From Octopus sinensis (taxonomy: Eukaryota): a DNA stretch of 64,000 bases. Under the pieces are notes generated by a model that saw only the letters and a list, made by a program, of their open reading frames with translations, was not told the origin of the DNA and searched no databases. A program made the position numbers and the translations under genes. Location: the NCBI RefSeq assembly GCF_006345805.1, contig NC_043011.1:47070464-47134463 (forward strand). The letters are read 5' to 3'. Positions 24,762 to 37,699 of this stretch are shown here, piece after piece (the stretch's first letter is position 1; the number at the start of each line of letters is the position of its first letter).

Positions 24762-24961
24762 GTAAGAACTGCACCTCTTAAGTCCTGCTTTTCCCTCTAT
24801 AAATGTTTTACTTTTTGTTATTTTTAACAGTAAATATTCATCTCCACAAATATCTCATCTGTTCTGCAAGTTTTCAATCACCTAGCATTTGCAGGATAGG
24901 TTATTCTATTAATATCTAGCACAGTGAACTATCACATCGATTTGATGTTTGTGCAGAAGTT

Positions 24962-25342
24962 TCTTTTATTCTTATACTTGTTTCAGTTATCTAAGTGCAG
25001 CCATACTGGAGCACCACCTCAAAGGGTTCAGTCAAAGAAATCGACCCCAGGACTTATTTTTTGTAAGCCTAGTACTTATTCCATTGGTTTCTTTTGCCAA
25101 ACTGCTAAGTTACAGGGATGTAAACACACCAGCATTTATTGTCAAGCATACAAACACAGACGGACAGATATACACATATATGACGGCCCTCTTTCAGTTT
25201 CCATCTACCAAATCCACTCACAAGGCTTTGGTCAGCCTGAGACTATAGTTGCAGATACTTGTGCAAGGTGTCATGTAGTGGGACTGAACCTGGGACCATG
25301 TGGTTGGAAAGCAAGCTTCTTACCACATAGCCATGCCTGTGC
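24962..25342 (-). mobile_element. SINE family A
   Basis: Colinear with other copies. Confidence 0.85.
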
Positions 25343-25373
25343 CCGTAGATGTTAATAATTTCTTCATATTTAA

Positions 25374-26072
25374 CCCTTTAGCATTTAAACCAGCCGTATC
25401 CAGCCCAAATATTATACATTTTTATGTTCAAACTGGCCAGATCTGACCTCTCACACTTATGCTACAATGTTTTTCTAAAAATAAACAGCCACATCATCAT
25501 AATATTGATACTTTAACCTTTTTGTTACCGACCCGGCTGAAACCATCTCTGGCTCTGAGTACATATGTCTTGTTTTCATAAGTTTGGAATTAAAATCTTC
25601 CACCAAACCTTAGTCACAGTTTATGTTCTTAACACTAGCTGAATGATAACTAAGTTATTTTACTAAATTCTTTGTTATATTTAAAGTAATTGAAAGAAAC
25701 ACAGAGCATCTCAACAGAAATATGGTAACAAAAGGGTTACAAATGATTAATTTAACCCTTTCAATACCAACCCGACTGAAACCAGTTCTAGCTCTGTAGT
25801 ACAAATGTCTTGTTTTCATAAGTTTTGAATTAAAATCTTCCACCAAACCTTAGTCACAATTTATGGTGCCTAACACTAGCTGAATGATAACTAAGTTATT
25901 TTACTATATTCTTTGTTATATTTAAAGTAATTGAAAGAAACACAGTGCATCTCAACAGAAATACGGTAATGAAAGGTTTAAGATAATGCATGATTAATTC
26001 AAAATAATGTGAGGGAATAAGCTTTGCATTTGACAGAATGCATTCACAATAATCTGAATGTTAAAGAGATGA
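25374..26072. mobile_element. Outer piggyBac-like MITE containing two nested 222-bp MITEs
   Basis: Left end TTAA|CCCTTTAGCATTTAAACC; decayed right end aatctgaatgttaaagag. Inner copies at 25517-25736 and 25756-25977, each preceded by TTAA. Confidence 0.7.
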
Positions 26073-27779
26073 GGGGATGCCAATTTTGAAGGAGGATGCT
26101 AAAATATATTTGCCAATAAATTTCTGTTATTATCATTCTTAACTGTATATAATTATGACAGATGGTATGTTTCATTTTTCATTTCACAAAACATTATTTA
26201 CTGATTAATGTCACAAAAGTTTATATATTTTACTGTTTCAATAGATACAATTCCCAGGTTTAGAATAAATACATCACATCTTAGGGTGTTGTAATAAATA
26301 ATGACAAGTGTTGGGGAGAGGAAAGACATCCAGCGGTAAAAATTCTAGCAGCATGGAAGAAAGGAGTTAAAACAATGAAGATAGTATCACAAATTTGTAT
26401 TTACACATGTACCTTGTACCTTGTGAGTATGCACAGATTCCCTGTCATTACCATATTCATCTCCCTTTCAGCTATTCTCATCCACCCTCATATAATGCAA
26501 GAAAACTATGTATGTTTTCTATAGCAAGGCACCTGTTCTTGTCCTTATATTGTACTTCAGCTTCCATCATCTTGCACAAAGCACTCCCACTTAGTCACGA
26601 GGGCTTTTTCTTTTTCTTTCTTTACATTGTCTTACAAGTTACTTGGCAACTTTACTAGTTGCTAGTGTCATGGAAAAAGCATCCAGTACTCACTGTAAGA
26701 TGATTGGCACTAGGAAGGCATGCCAGTCCTAGAAGCTACACCAGAACTGACATTGGGGCTTGACACAGCCGAGTATGTGTATACATGTATATATGTATGT
26801 GTGCGTGTCTGAGATTGTCTTTCAAATCACTTGACAACAGGTGTGAGGTTCCCCATAACTTAGTGGTTCAACAAAAACGACTGACAGAATAAGTGTAGTA
26901 ACTAAAACAAGTGAAAGATAATTAATAAAGGTAACACAATACAGTGATGGAGGGTGGGGTGAGAGTATATGAAAAATTTAACTCTTTGTCTTAAAGTCCC
27001 ACACAACACAGTATGGACTTAGACAGCTGCAAACTCAGAGACATTTCTCGAAAAGATCCAATTATATTCTTTAGAAAATTAACAAAATTATGAATTAATT
27101 ATTTTTTTAAAAAGTAGTTAAAAAAATTATAAATATTGGAAAGTAAAAGAAGTTAAGAAAAATAACTCAAGCAAAAATATAGAAAAATTATTACATAAAA
27201 CTAAATTTACCTTTTTAAAACAAAGCTAAACAAAAATGAAGTATGGTAGCCTGGGAGCATCTTTCATTACACAAGCATACAATTAGGAATGGAGAGTGTC
27301 TTCTATTTGTACATCAACTACTTAGCGCTACAAGATGTGAAAAGGGTGTTTTCCATTTTAAACTTCTGCTGATCAGATAAGCTCGAAGCATCCTTAATGG
27401 TTGGTTTAATGCTACTTTTGAGAATTCTTCAGATGAAGGAGATGAAAAAAACAAAAAAATGCAATATGAAAAAAAAGCAAGATGGAAGCATTTATAAGAA
27501 AAGGGTGAATTCTCTGTTCAACTTGTTTTAGCATTATACATTGCCATTTTTTTTGTTTTTTTTTCCACTTTTGCAAAATTTTGAAGAATGTTCTCTAATC
27601 TGATTTTTAAAATGAAAATATTAACAAAAGTCTATGTTAAAATAGAGAATTTAAAGCAGAACACTCTCAAATATTAACCAGAAGTTCCTCTTGTATTATA
27701 TTACCAAAAACAAAAACAAAAAAATTTTTTAAATACATTTCACATATACATACATATATTGTATGCACATACATATATA

Positions 27780-28075
27780 TCATCCTCATCATCTTTTAAT
27801 GTCCATCTTCCATGCCGTTAAGGGTTGGATGGTTTGATAGAAGCTGGCAAACCAGAGGATTGCACCAAGCTCCATTGTCTGTTTTGCCATAGATTTTAGA
27901 GCTGGATGCCCTTCCTAACATCACCACCTTTACAGAGGGAACTGAGTGGTTTTTATGTGGCACTGACATCAGTGAGGTCTGTTTTGGCATGATTTTCATA
28001 CTGGATACCTTTCCTAACACCAACCACTTTACAGAGTGGATTGGGTTCATATTAGACAGTACCAGCACTGGTGAG
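27780..28075 (-). mobile_element. Retroposon family D, diverged
   Basis: catcctcatcatc...gctggatgcccttcctaacatcacc. Confidence 0.8.
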
Positions 28076-28079
28076 GCTT

Positions 28080-28118
28080 GTGTGTGTGTGTGTGTGTATA
28101 TGTATGTATGTATGTATA

Positions 28119-28190
<72 letters not shown>

Positions 28191-28202
28191 GTATATGTAT
28201 GT

Positions 28203-28236
<34 letters not shown>
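28080..28236. repeat. (TG)n-(TA)n microsatellite
   Basis: Visible directly. Confidence 0.95.
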
Positions 28237-28693
28237 CTTCGTTGAAAAGCAGCAGAAATATCACAAAAACTGTTACACAGAGGTTCAGTTTCGTCAGACA
28301 GTTTTGTTTAGAATCCACCTTGTTTTGCATTTATGTGCTTACTCACTCTTATATATATGTGTACATGTGTGTATATATATATATATGTGTGTGTGTGTAC
28401 ATGTGTGTATATATATATATATATATATGCACACATGCAGATTTGTATTCTTACTTATAGATATACATTTATTTTATTATCATTAAAACAGCAAAAACAT
28501 CATAAAAATACCACGAAAAACTGCTACTCAGAGTTTCATGTTCCTGACGAATGTGAAACTCTTAGTAGTAAGCTTTTTGTACTATTTTTGCAGCTTTAAT
28601 AATGATAAAGTATATTACTCTACCTCTGGTATTAGAGTACTATTTTTTCCCGCCTTGTTTCACATTTAATTGATTACTTTGGTATATATATAT

Positions 28694-28772
<79 letters not shown>

Positions 28773-28774
<2 letters not shown>

Positions 28775-29429
28775 TCACAATCAAGGAACGGCCATAATAG
28801 GCCATTCACCCACTAGAAATAACAGCCAGAGCTTCAACCGCAAAATAACATTAATTCCGTAAACCAGGAGAAAATTAAAAAACATTTACCCTGTAATTTC
28901 TTATACGATGCACCGTTTCATCTACTGTTTAATGGTAAACTAACCTGATTAAATTAAATCAAGCCAATCTTCCATAGGCCCTTAGATTCGTCAGTAAGAA
29001 ATAGCCAGATCGGAACAGATATTTTCACGAGGCATTTCTGTCCCTGCCTCGGCAATATCTGACCTAAAATTTTCAAATCATCGCACTCGCGCCAAATTTA
29101 TCGGCAGCAAATAAATATAAGCCGCCGATTCCATTACGGAATTAACCAGAAAATTCATAATTAATCAATATAGGGTGGCAAAAAATTTTGTAGAATTTTT
29201 TTGCCACCAGCGGCCTAGTGGGAAAAAATTAAATAGTCATAGACCATTTTTAAGTTCAACATCACAATCAAGGAACGGCCATAATAGGCCATTCACCCAC
29301 TAGAATGGGTGAATGGCCTATTATGGCCGTTCCTTGATTGTGATGTTGAACTTAAAAATGGTCTATGACTATTTAATTTTTTCCCACTAGGCCACTGGTG
29401 GCAAAAAATTCTACAAAAAATATATTGAT

Positions 29430-29432
<3 letters not shown>
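28773..29432. mobile_element. Unclassified element with a 46-bp direct repeat and terminal fold-back
   Basis: 28773-28818 equals 29260-29305; arms 29186-29299 and 29306-29418; a decayed relative lies at ~62468-62525. Confidence 0.65.
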
Positions 29433-29467
<35 letters not shown>

Positions 29468-29714
29468 TACTCTTTACATACTAGCACATATGTATATATC
29501 ATAATAATGAGCTCATTTTCTACAGTGCTCAGCCGCACTACAAAAGGGAATAGAAAGCAACAATAAGTATATAAAAAAAACCAATGATGGCACTTCATGT
29601 GTCTACCTTTTATTTTCTAAGTTATGAATGCTAAATTAGTGGTATCTTGTAGTTATAGTAATCATGGTAAGATAAGATAGAATAAAGCTGCTTCCCAAGT
29701 CGTATAAACTCATA

Positions 29715-29890
29715 GGGTGAATTTCTGGTTCCTGTAGCATATATATTCCCTGATGGATGGGACGCCGGTCATTCGCAGGATCATTTGCTTTTACCAGCTA
29801 AGTGAACTTGAGCAGCATGAAAAATGAAGTGTCTTGCTCAAGAATGCAACTCATCTCCCCATCCAGGTATCAAATCTACAAGCTAACAAT
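29715..29890 (-). mobile_element. SINE family C2, diverged
   Basis: gatggatgggacgccggtc...tgaagtgtcttgctcaagaa. Confidence 0.65.
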
Positions 29891-30346
29891 CAGCCATTCA
29901 AGAATTTGGAGCTGGAGATCTCCATTTCCAGTGACTTCGAGGGCCACCTCTCAGTGGTGTCAGGTGTCAACGAAGAGCCCTTGACTACAAGACGACCAAA
30001 GTTTTTTTTTTTTTCCAAGGTCTGGGGTCTCCCACCCCTAAACCCTAGACCATCACCTAATCACCCTTACCCGTCTTGTTGCTTAACAACAACAACATCT
30101 AACAATCATGTGTTTAACACTCTAACCACAAACTACATGCCTCCACAATCAGGATTGCAATTTAAAATTTTTAGCACTAAGTGTATGCATAGCATGGAGG
30201 ATAACAGACAAGACAGAAACAGAACTTGAAATGAACAGCCATAAAGGGAAATGGTTGCATATCCATGCCAGGAATAGTATTGGCAAATTTCGAGAAGCAT
30301 GGAATTTTTAGGAATGTAGTGCTCTGACTGCTAATGACTGACATAC

Positions 30347-30373
30347 GAAGATTATTCCATGCTTTCAATATTT
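30347..30373 (-). CDS. Candidate 27-nt symmetric small exon
   Basis: cattttttaatgttcag|AAATATTGAAAGCATGGAATAATCTTC|gtatgt; only phase 1 is open (xILKAWNNL). Confidence 0.2.
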
Positions 30374-30399
30374 CTGAACATTAAAAAATGCTTTCAAAT

Positions 30400-30635
30400 T
30401 GCCATGGGTGCCACACTGTTTTTTTGGGTTTATAAGCAAAACCGACCTCATCTGTGCTGGTGCCATGTAAAAAGCACACAGTCAACTCTGTGGGGTGGTT
30501 AGTGTTAGGAAGGGCATCCAGTGGTAAAAACCATGCCAAAACAGATACAGTAACCTGTGGTAGTATTCTGCCCGGCCAGATCCTGCCAAACTGCCCCAAC
30601 CATGCCAGCATGGAATGTGGATGATGATGATGATG
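30400..30635 (+). mobile_element. Retroposon family D, diverged
   Basis: gttaggaagggcatccagtgg...gatgatgatgatg. Confidence 0.8.
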
Positions 30636-30729
30636 AAGAATGTCCATGAGTAGTATAGTTATTGAATTCAAAAATGCAGCCAAATTCGTTATTTAAAAGA
30701 TTGTGGATAATCTTCTGAGTTTTGACCAA

Positions 30730-30938
30730 GTCACTTGCTATATGTTGGAACTTTTGTGTACCGATGCCTAGAGAAGCTATAGGTTTAAAGAATGGTATGA
30801 AGAGGGGCCTTGCAAGTCTACCAGATAGATGTAAGAGCATTGTAGAAATTGAAAGAGAGTATATTTTAGAACTTTATCTTCATTTTGAAAAATAAAAGAA
30901 GTATGAATAAGCTACATTATTTATGAGATGACCCAATA
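30730..30938 (+). mobile_element. mariner-type transposase C-terminal remnant plus right TIR
   Basis: KNGMKRGLASLPDRCKSIVEIEREYILE resembles the mariner C-terminal G..KL..RW..V....G.Y pattern; ends cattatttatgagatgacccaa|TA. Confidence 0.5.
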
Positions 30939-32478
30939 TTTATACATACATACACACACACTCATACATACATATATATTCCTGCAAATATATATACACA
31001 CTCATACGCATTAGCATGTGTGTACGAGCAGAAACAACTTTTGTTAAATGCTTTTCTGTTAGAGGCAATATAAGAAGATTAATGGCGTTGAAGATAATGA
31101 ACCTCTAGTAATTCATATTCCTGTAAAACCCCTAAATTTTATGCATCATTATAATTTCTCTCTCCCATCTCCATCTTCACTCTCAACAACAACAACAACA
31201 ACAATATGTGTATGAGTAGACAAAACGAGCTGGGTTTATTTTTACAATTTTCTTTGGTTTCGTAGTCATTTCTTTTATAAATGAATGTAATATTGTTGCT
31301 TAAAGTCCTCGATTAAATCTAGAGTGGAAGGTTTGATCAGGTGTGTGTATGTGTGTGTGAAGACTTCAGTTTACTGAAATGGCTTATCTTGAAAACAAAA
31401 ACCTACTACATTGCATACCTAGTTTATAGGGAACTTATCTCAACCCTCTTCTTGATGCAATGATGAATATAAATTTACTGCACTCTTTATTATTATCATT
31501 ATTATTATTTTTGTTTTTGCTTAGTATTTTGATTTGGGTTTATAAAGATTTAGATTGTCTTAGAAATTTATACAGAATCCTGGTGAATTTTCTCAATTTC
31601 TTTTTACAATTTTGAGCTATATGTATAAAGAATTTTTATTAAAAAAAAAAGGAAAAAATAGAAAGAAATCTTAAAGAACATTTACAAAAATTTTGACATC
31701 ACTGTATTTCAATTTCACTGAAGCACTGGAATTAGATGTGGCAAGAACCTAAAAGATACTTAATGGTTCCACACACAAGCAACTTATAGAATCCATTTTC
31801 AAATCATGAAAGAATTCCAAAGATGTTAGATACATGTAAAAAAAAAAAAAAAATAACAAAAAACAAAGCAAAACGAAAATGCCGCACCAGTGTTACAGAA
31901 TTATTGAATAATAATGCAATATTCCATGTTATTATCTTCAGAGTCTTTGACAAATTCACAGTCCAAAGAAACTATCTCTCCCAGTAATATCACCATTAGG
32001 TGCACAGGCAAACAATCCATGCAGAACAAATACAAAGATTTACATACTCCAATGCACAGCAACTAATAACCCACAAATATGCTGTTTGTTCTCTCTGCAT
32101 TTTCTGCAATTCTCTCGACTCCTTGGAACTAAGCAGTTGCATAGCCACATTAACCAAAGTCTGCTTGATACCTACATCTTTTTCTCTACATTCCATCACC
32201 ATCGTCTTGTTTCAATTGCTAGATCCAATTCTAAACGTGAGCAAATGAGGGAAATGCCTGTCCTGCTAAACATAGCAGCCAAATTCCTCAATTTACACCC
32301 TAATGTCCAAAGTAAAGAAAACTTAGTAAGATAATTTATTCTTAGTTAGCTCTAGAAAGATGAGATGAGAGATAATCACATGTGGAATAAAGCCAATTAT
32401 CAGCATGTTCAATCAGAGATGACATGATCTAAACAACTTACTAAGCAAAGTCTCTTTCCTTCCTCCTTAGAATATGTA

Positions 32479-32522
<44 letters not shown>

Positions 32523-32523
<1 letters not shown>

Positions 32524-32926
32524 TGGAGGTGCGTGGCTTAGTGGTTAGAGTGTCAGCATCATGATCGCAAGATTGTGGTTTTGATTCCTGGACTGTGCGA
32601 CGTGTTGTGTTCTTGAGCAAAACACTTCATTTCGTGTTGCTCCAGTCCACTCAGCTGGCAAAAATGAGTTACGCTGCAATGGACTGGCGTCCCATCCAGC
32701 TTGGGAACACAAACGCCACAGAAACCGAGCCCATGAGCCTGGCTAGGCTTTAAAAATAATTAATGTGCCCTTTTAAAGCCTAGCCAGGCTCATGGGCCCG
32801 GTTTCCCGGTTTCCATGGCATATGTGTTCCCAGGCTGGATGGGATGCCAGTCCATTGCAGCGTTACTCATTTTTGCCGGCTGAGTGGACTGGAGCAACAT
32901 GAAATGAAGTGTTTTGCTCAAGAAAA
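32523..32926. mobile_element. Tail-to-tail inverted pair of SINE family C2
   Basis: 32523-32755(+) is full, with A-box tggcttagtgg; 32770-32926(-) is 5'-truncated; spacer about 15 nt. Confidence 0.85.
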
Positions 32927-32934
32927 AGAACATA

Positions 32935-33760
32935 AAAAAAACCCAGTACACTCTGTAAAATAGCTGGCATCAGAAAGGGCATCCAGCCATAGAAACCATG
33001 CTAGAACGGACAATGGACCCTGGTGTGGCCCCACTCCCCCCGTGCATTAGCCTTACCAGCTCCTTGTCAAACCGTCCAACCCATGCCAGCATGGAAAACT
33101 GAGGTTAAATGATGGTGATGATGATAGTGATATATTTTTCCCATGGACAGGATGCTGGTCTGTTGCAGAATTACTCACTTTTGACAGCTGAGTGGACTGG
33201 AACAATGTGAAATGAAGTGTTTTGCTCAAGAATACACTGCTTCATCCAGTCCAAGAACAGAAACCACAGTCTAAAGATCATCAATCTAACACTCTAACCC
33301 AGTGTTTCTCAACTTTTTTACCCTTGTGTAACCCTTAAAATAGATTGTATGTCTGTTCTAGCATGGTTTCTATGGCTGGATGCCCTTTCTAATGCCAGCT
33401 GTTTTACAGAGTGTACTGGGTTCTTTTTATGTGGCACCAGCATAAGTGCCTTTTCTGTGGTACCAGCACTGGTATTAGGCTTCTTGAGTCCTCATTATCA
33501 TCGTTGTTAACTGTCCATCTTCCATGCATGCATGGTTAGGATGCTTCACAGGAGCTGGCCCGTAGATAAACTACCCTATGCTACTGTGCCTGTTTTAGCA
33601 GGTCTTTATGGCTGGATGTCCTTTCTAACCAGCCATTCAGCAGAGGAAACTCAGCGCTTTTTATGTGGCCCTAACACAAGCAAAGATAGTTTTGGCATAA
33701 TTTTTACAGCTGGATGTCCTTCCAAATGCCAACCGCTTTACAAAAATCAGGAAACCGGTC
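32935..33760. mobile_element. Cluster of D (+ and -) and C2 (-) fragments
   Basis: D at 32935-33128(+), C2 at 33128-33298(-), D at 33350-33760(-). Confidence 0.7.
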
Positions 33761-34229
33761 TTATGAGTCTGTATGACTTGGGAAAGCGCTTTATCATATC
33801 CTATGTTACCATGACTACTATATCTACAAGACATCACTAATGTATCATTCATAACTTACAGAGCAGATAAAAGATATGTGAAGTGCCAATCATAATTAAA
33901 TAGAACAGTGTTTCCATTAATTTACTTGCGAAGGGACAGTTTATAAAATAACGATGTTAGGAATTATAATTATATCCTATGGATCAAATATTTAGCTAAG
34001 TTTGTAAATTCAATTTAAAGAGAAAATAAGAAGTGTGATATTTTACAACCTTATAGTTAATCTGTCAGAAAAGTATATCATTTCTAAACAAATTTTAGTT
34101 TGTTTTTCTTTAAGTTTTTACATATTAATAAAATAAATCTGACATATCTTCTAAAGCTGCTTGTTTGAATATCCCTACCTTAAGAATTGAAATTTTATTA
34201 ATAAAATAAAATAAAATAATATGTGTTTA

Positions 34230-34252
34230 TACATATATATATATATATATAT

Positions 34253-34296
<44 letters not shown>

Positions 34297-34392
34297 ATAT
34301 ATATCTATATATATATATATATAGATATATATATAATATATATATATGTATATGTATGTATATATATATATATATGTATGTATGTATGTATA

Positions 34393-34435
<43 letters not shown>

Positions 34436-34442
34436 ATATATA

Positions 34443-34521
<79 letters not shown>

Positions 34522-34758
34522 GTATGTATATATATATATATTATATATATATATGTATGTATGTATTATATATATGTATAATATATATATATATGTATAT
34601 ATATAATATATGTATATATATTATATATATATATATATAATATATATGTATAATATATATATATATATGTATGTATATATATATGTATATATATATATAT
34701 GTATGTATGTATATATATATATGTATATATATATGTATGTATTATATATATATATATA

Positions 34759-34798
<40 letters not shown>

Positions 34799-34800
34799 AA
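34230..34800. repeat. (TA)n/(TATG)n array
   Basis: Visible directly. Confidence 0.95.
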
Positions 34801-36063
34801 ATATTAGAAAAAATCCCCAAAAATTTTGTATATAATCATTTTTTCTCTTCTTTCCATCAAAGGAATTGTTTGATAGCTATAGAACCTATATAACTTAAAA
34901 GAATACGTGTTTATAAGTATAGATTGGTGTGTGTACATGTTTGTATCCGTGTATGTATCTGTGTGTGTGTGTGAATATATATATGTCTGTATGTTTATGT
35001 ATATATATTTTGCATATATGTATATTTTTGTATATATAAAGATAGATGGAAAACAGATGCTAAACGTTGATACACATATTACACATACATACATATATCT
35101 ATACATAGATACCTGTTCATATTCGTATATATGTATACACATAAGCATGTGTGTTGTATGTGAATGTATATGTGAATATACATACATATACCTATACACA
35201 GATAGTTATTCCTTCTCATATAAGCATGTGTGTTATATGTGAATGTATATGTGAACATACATACATACATACTTACATTTATCTATACATGGATACCTAT
35301 TCATATTCGTATATACATATATATACACATAAGCATGTGTGTTGTATGTGAATATATATATGTGAACACATATGTGTGTTTGTAAACTCATGCATATTCA
35401 GATATACAGACATACATATATATGTAGTGGTTTTAAAAATACACCAAAATTCAATAGAGACAAACCATAAAAGAAGAAAAAAAAAACCTCATCTTGTCTC
35501 ATTTGAAATTTGTATCTTTATATCACTTTACCCAAAAGACACTGCATTTTATGTTTATGAAGAATGCAGAATCGTAAAAGAAAAGCCATTTTTTTTTTAA
35601 TAATAAAATAATTTTAAAAATTACAAAACACAACATATATATATATATAAAAGATGAAATAATGAGAAAAATATACGGAAAACCTCGGTGAAAAATACAG
35701 AGAAAAATCTTTGTTCATTAAGTAAATATACAAACATTTTATTCAGCACTATCAAAAGATGTGATATTGCTTTTTGTAATATTTTTTTCTTTTTCTTTTT
35801 TTTTTTATTTAGTGGATATCAGTTCTATGATGTAAAGAATGCAATATATTCATGAAATTTCTTCAGAAATTCTAGATGAAGATTGACATAAAATTCTGCT
35901 GTCAGAATCTTTAAGAATTTAACATATTAATTCTTCTTTGGAAGTCATTTTAAGACAAGTTTGGAGACAACCATGTTTCTGTGTTTTTCTTTTTTTTGCT
36001 TTTATAACTTGTGTGTGTATGTGTGTATGTGTGTATATGTGTGTTTTAATGTATATCTTTTTT

Positions 36064-36450
36064 CCTGTAATCTTTTATTTGTCTTAATCACAGGACTGTG
36101 GCCATGCTGGAGCACTGCCTTGAAGAGTTTAGTCAAACAAATTGACCCCAGTACATCTTTTTTTAAGCCTGGTACTTATTATCCTGGTCTCCTTTGTCAA
36201 CCCACTGAGTTACAGGAACATAAACAAACCAGCACCAGTTGTCAAGCAGTGATGGGAGACAGTTACATACATAAAGACATGCGTGCACATACACACATGT
36301 GCACATGCATACACAACAGGCTTCTTTCAGTTTCCATCTATCAAATCCACTCACGAGGCATTTTGAACCTGAGGCTGACCAAAGACACTTGCCCATGGTA
36401 CCTTACGGTGTGACTGAACCTGGAACCATATGGTTGAGAAAGAATTTTCT
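36064..36450 (-). mobile_element. SINE family A, diverged
   Basis: Colinear with other copies. Confidence 0.8.
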
Positions 36451-36534
36451 TATTAAACACACCCACACATGCACATATATATATATACACACATGCACAC
36501 ATGCACACACACACACACACACAAATATAGCTCA

Positions 36535-36737
36535 CTAGCCACTACACATTCTTTATTTTCTCTCCTTGTTCCTTTCTGTAGAAGAGCATAGGGTCGAAAC
36601 GTTAAAGACTTTTTCACTTCCCGAGTGTTATACTAATACATCTGTTTGTTGTCTTTAACATTTCGAGCCTACACTCTTCCACAGAAAGGAACACAGAAAG
36701 AAATAAGGAGAGAAAATAAAGAATGTGTAGTGGCTAG
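36535..36737. mobile_element. Inverted pair of PLE-like terminal repeats carrying a hammerhead-like motif
   Basis: Arms 36535-36609 and 36651-36737; motif CTTT CTGTAGA A GAGC-atag-GGTC GAAACGTT AAAG; sibling at 59755-59900. Confidence 0.6.
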
Positions 36738-36746
36738 CGATCTATA

Positions 36747-36832
<86 letters not shown>

Positions 36833-37346
36833 AATAAGAGCTAAACCACTCATATGCTGTAGTCAATGCACATATATATTCTATTCTTTTATGTCTCAGT
36901 CATTTGACTGCAGCCATACTGGAGCACACACACCCATATGTAGTTCCAAGATACATCGCACAGATGTCGCAAGTTTTTCAATAAACTGTACTTCTCTCCG
37001 TTTTGAGAAAAGTGATGGCCTCCTATAATCAATAACTATCTCAAAGCAAGCAGACATAACAGCTTGAGCAATTCTTTAACTTATTGGGTCCTGTTGAAAC
37101 CATTCCAGCCATGCCAGCTCAGAGAGGGATGTTGAATAATAATAATTTTATATAGCATGTACGCGTGTGTTCATTCATAGATCCATAGATATATCATTCA
37201 TTAACAGACTTTATCTCTTGATGAGATATAATTTCTTTTGTTAAATAAGGAGAACATCATGGAGAGAGGTAATATAAAATGATAACTGTTTTGTTATCTG
37301 TAATTAATCTATCCTGATTTAAATTTACTTTTGTAATGATAATTAT

Positions 37347-37620
37347 TAATTATATTCATTATATAAGTGGACCGGGCTGCGTGTTGTGTTCTTGAGCAAG
37401 ACACTTTATTTCACGTTGCTCCAGTTCACTCAGCTGTAGAAATGAGTTGCGACGTCACAGGTGCCAAGCTGTATCGACCTTTGTCTTTCCCTTGGATAAC
37501 ACTGGTGGCGTGGAGAGGGGAGGCCGGTATGCATGGGCGACTACTGGTCTTCCATAAAACAACCTTGCCCAGACTTGTGCCTCAGAGGGTAACTCTCTAG
37601 GTGCAAACCCATGGTCACTT
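37347..37620 (+). mobile_element. SINE family C, headless
   Basis: Starts ggaccgggctgcgtgttgtg; nearly identical to 12492-12740. Confidence 0.9.
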
Positions 37621-37699
37621 TTATAAGTAAATGATTAAGTGACAAGCTCAAAAAACTGGGAATCTTAGGTAAAGAATGCGACCACCTGATGTGTATTTC

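Noticed and set aside
27300-27440. Minus-strand exon RILKSSIKPTIKDASSLSDQQKFK
   Set aside because: The acceptor is non-canonical (AAG) and there is no convincing donor before the stop.
30505-30840. 111-aa minus-strand ORF
   Set aside because: It is antisense to the mariner remnant and runs into a family D tail.
31996-32230. ORF MVMECREKDVGIKQTLVNVAMQLL...
   Set aside because: There are stops between the nearest acceptor and the frame, no good donor, and the protein is not recognised.
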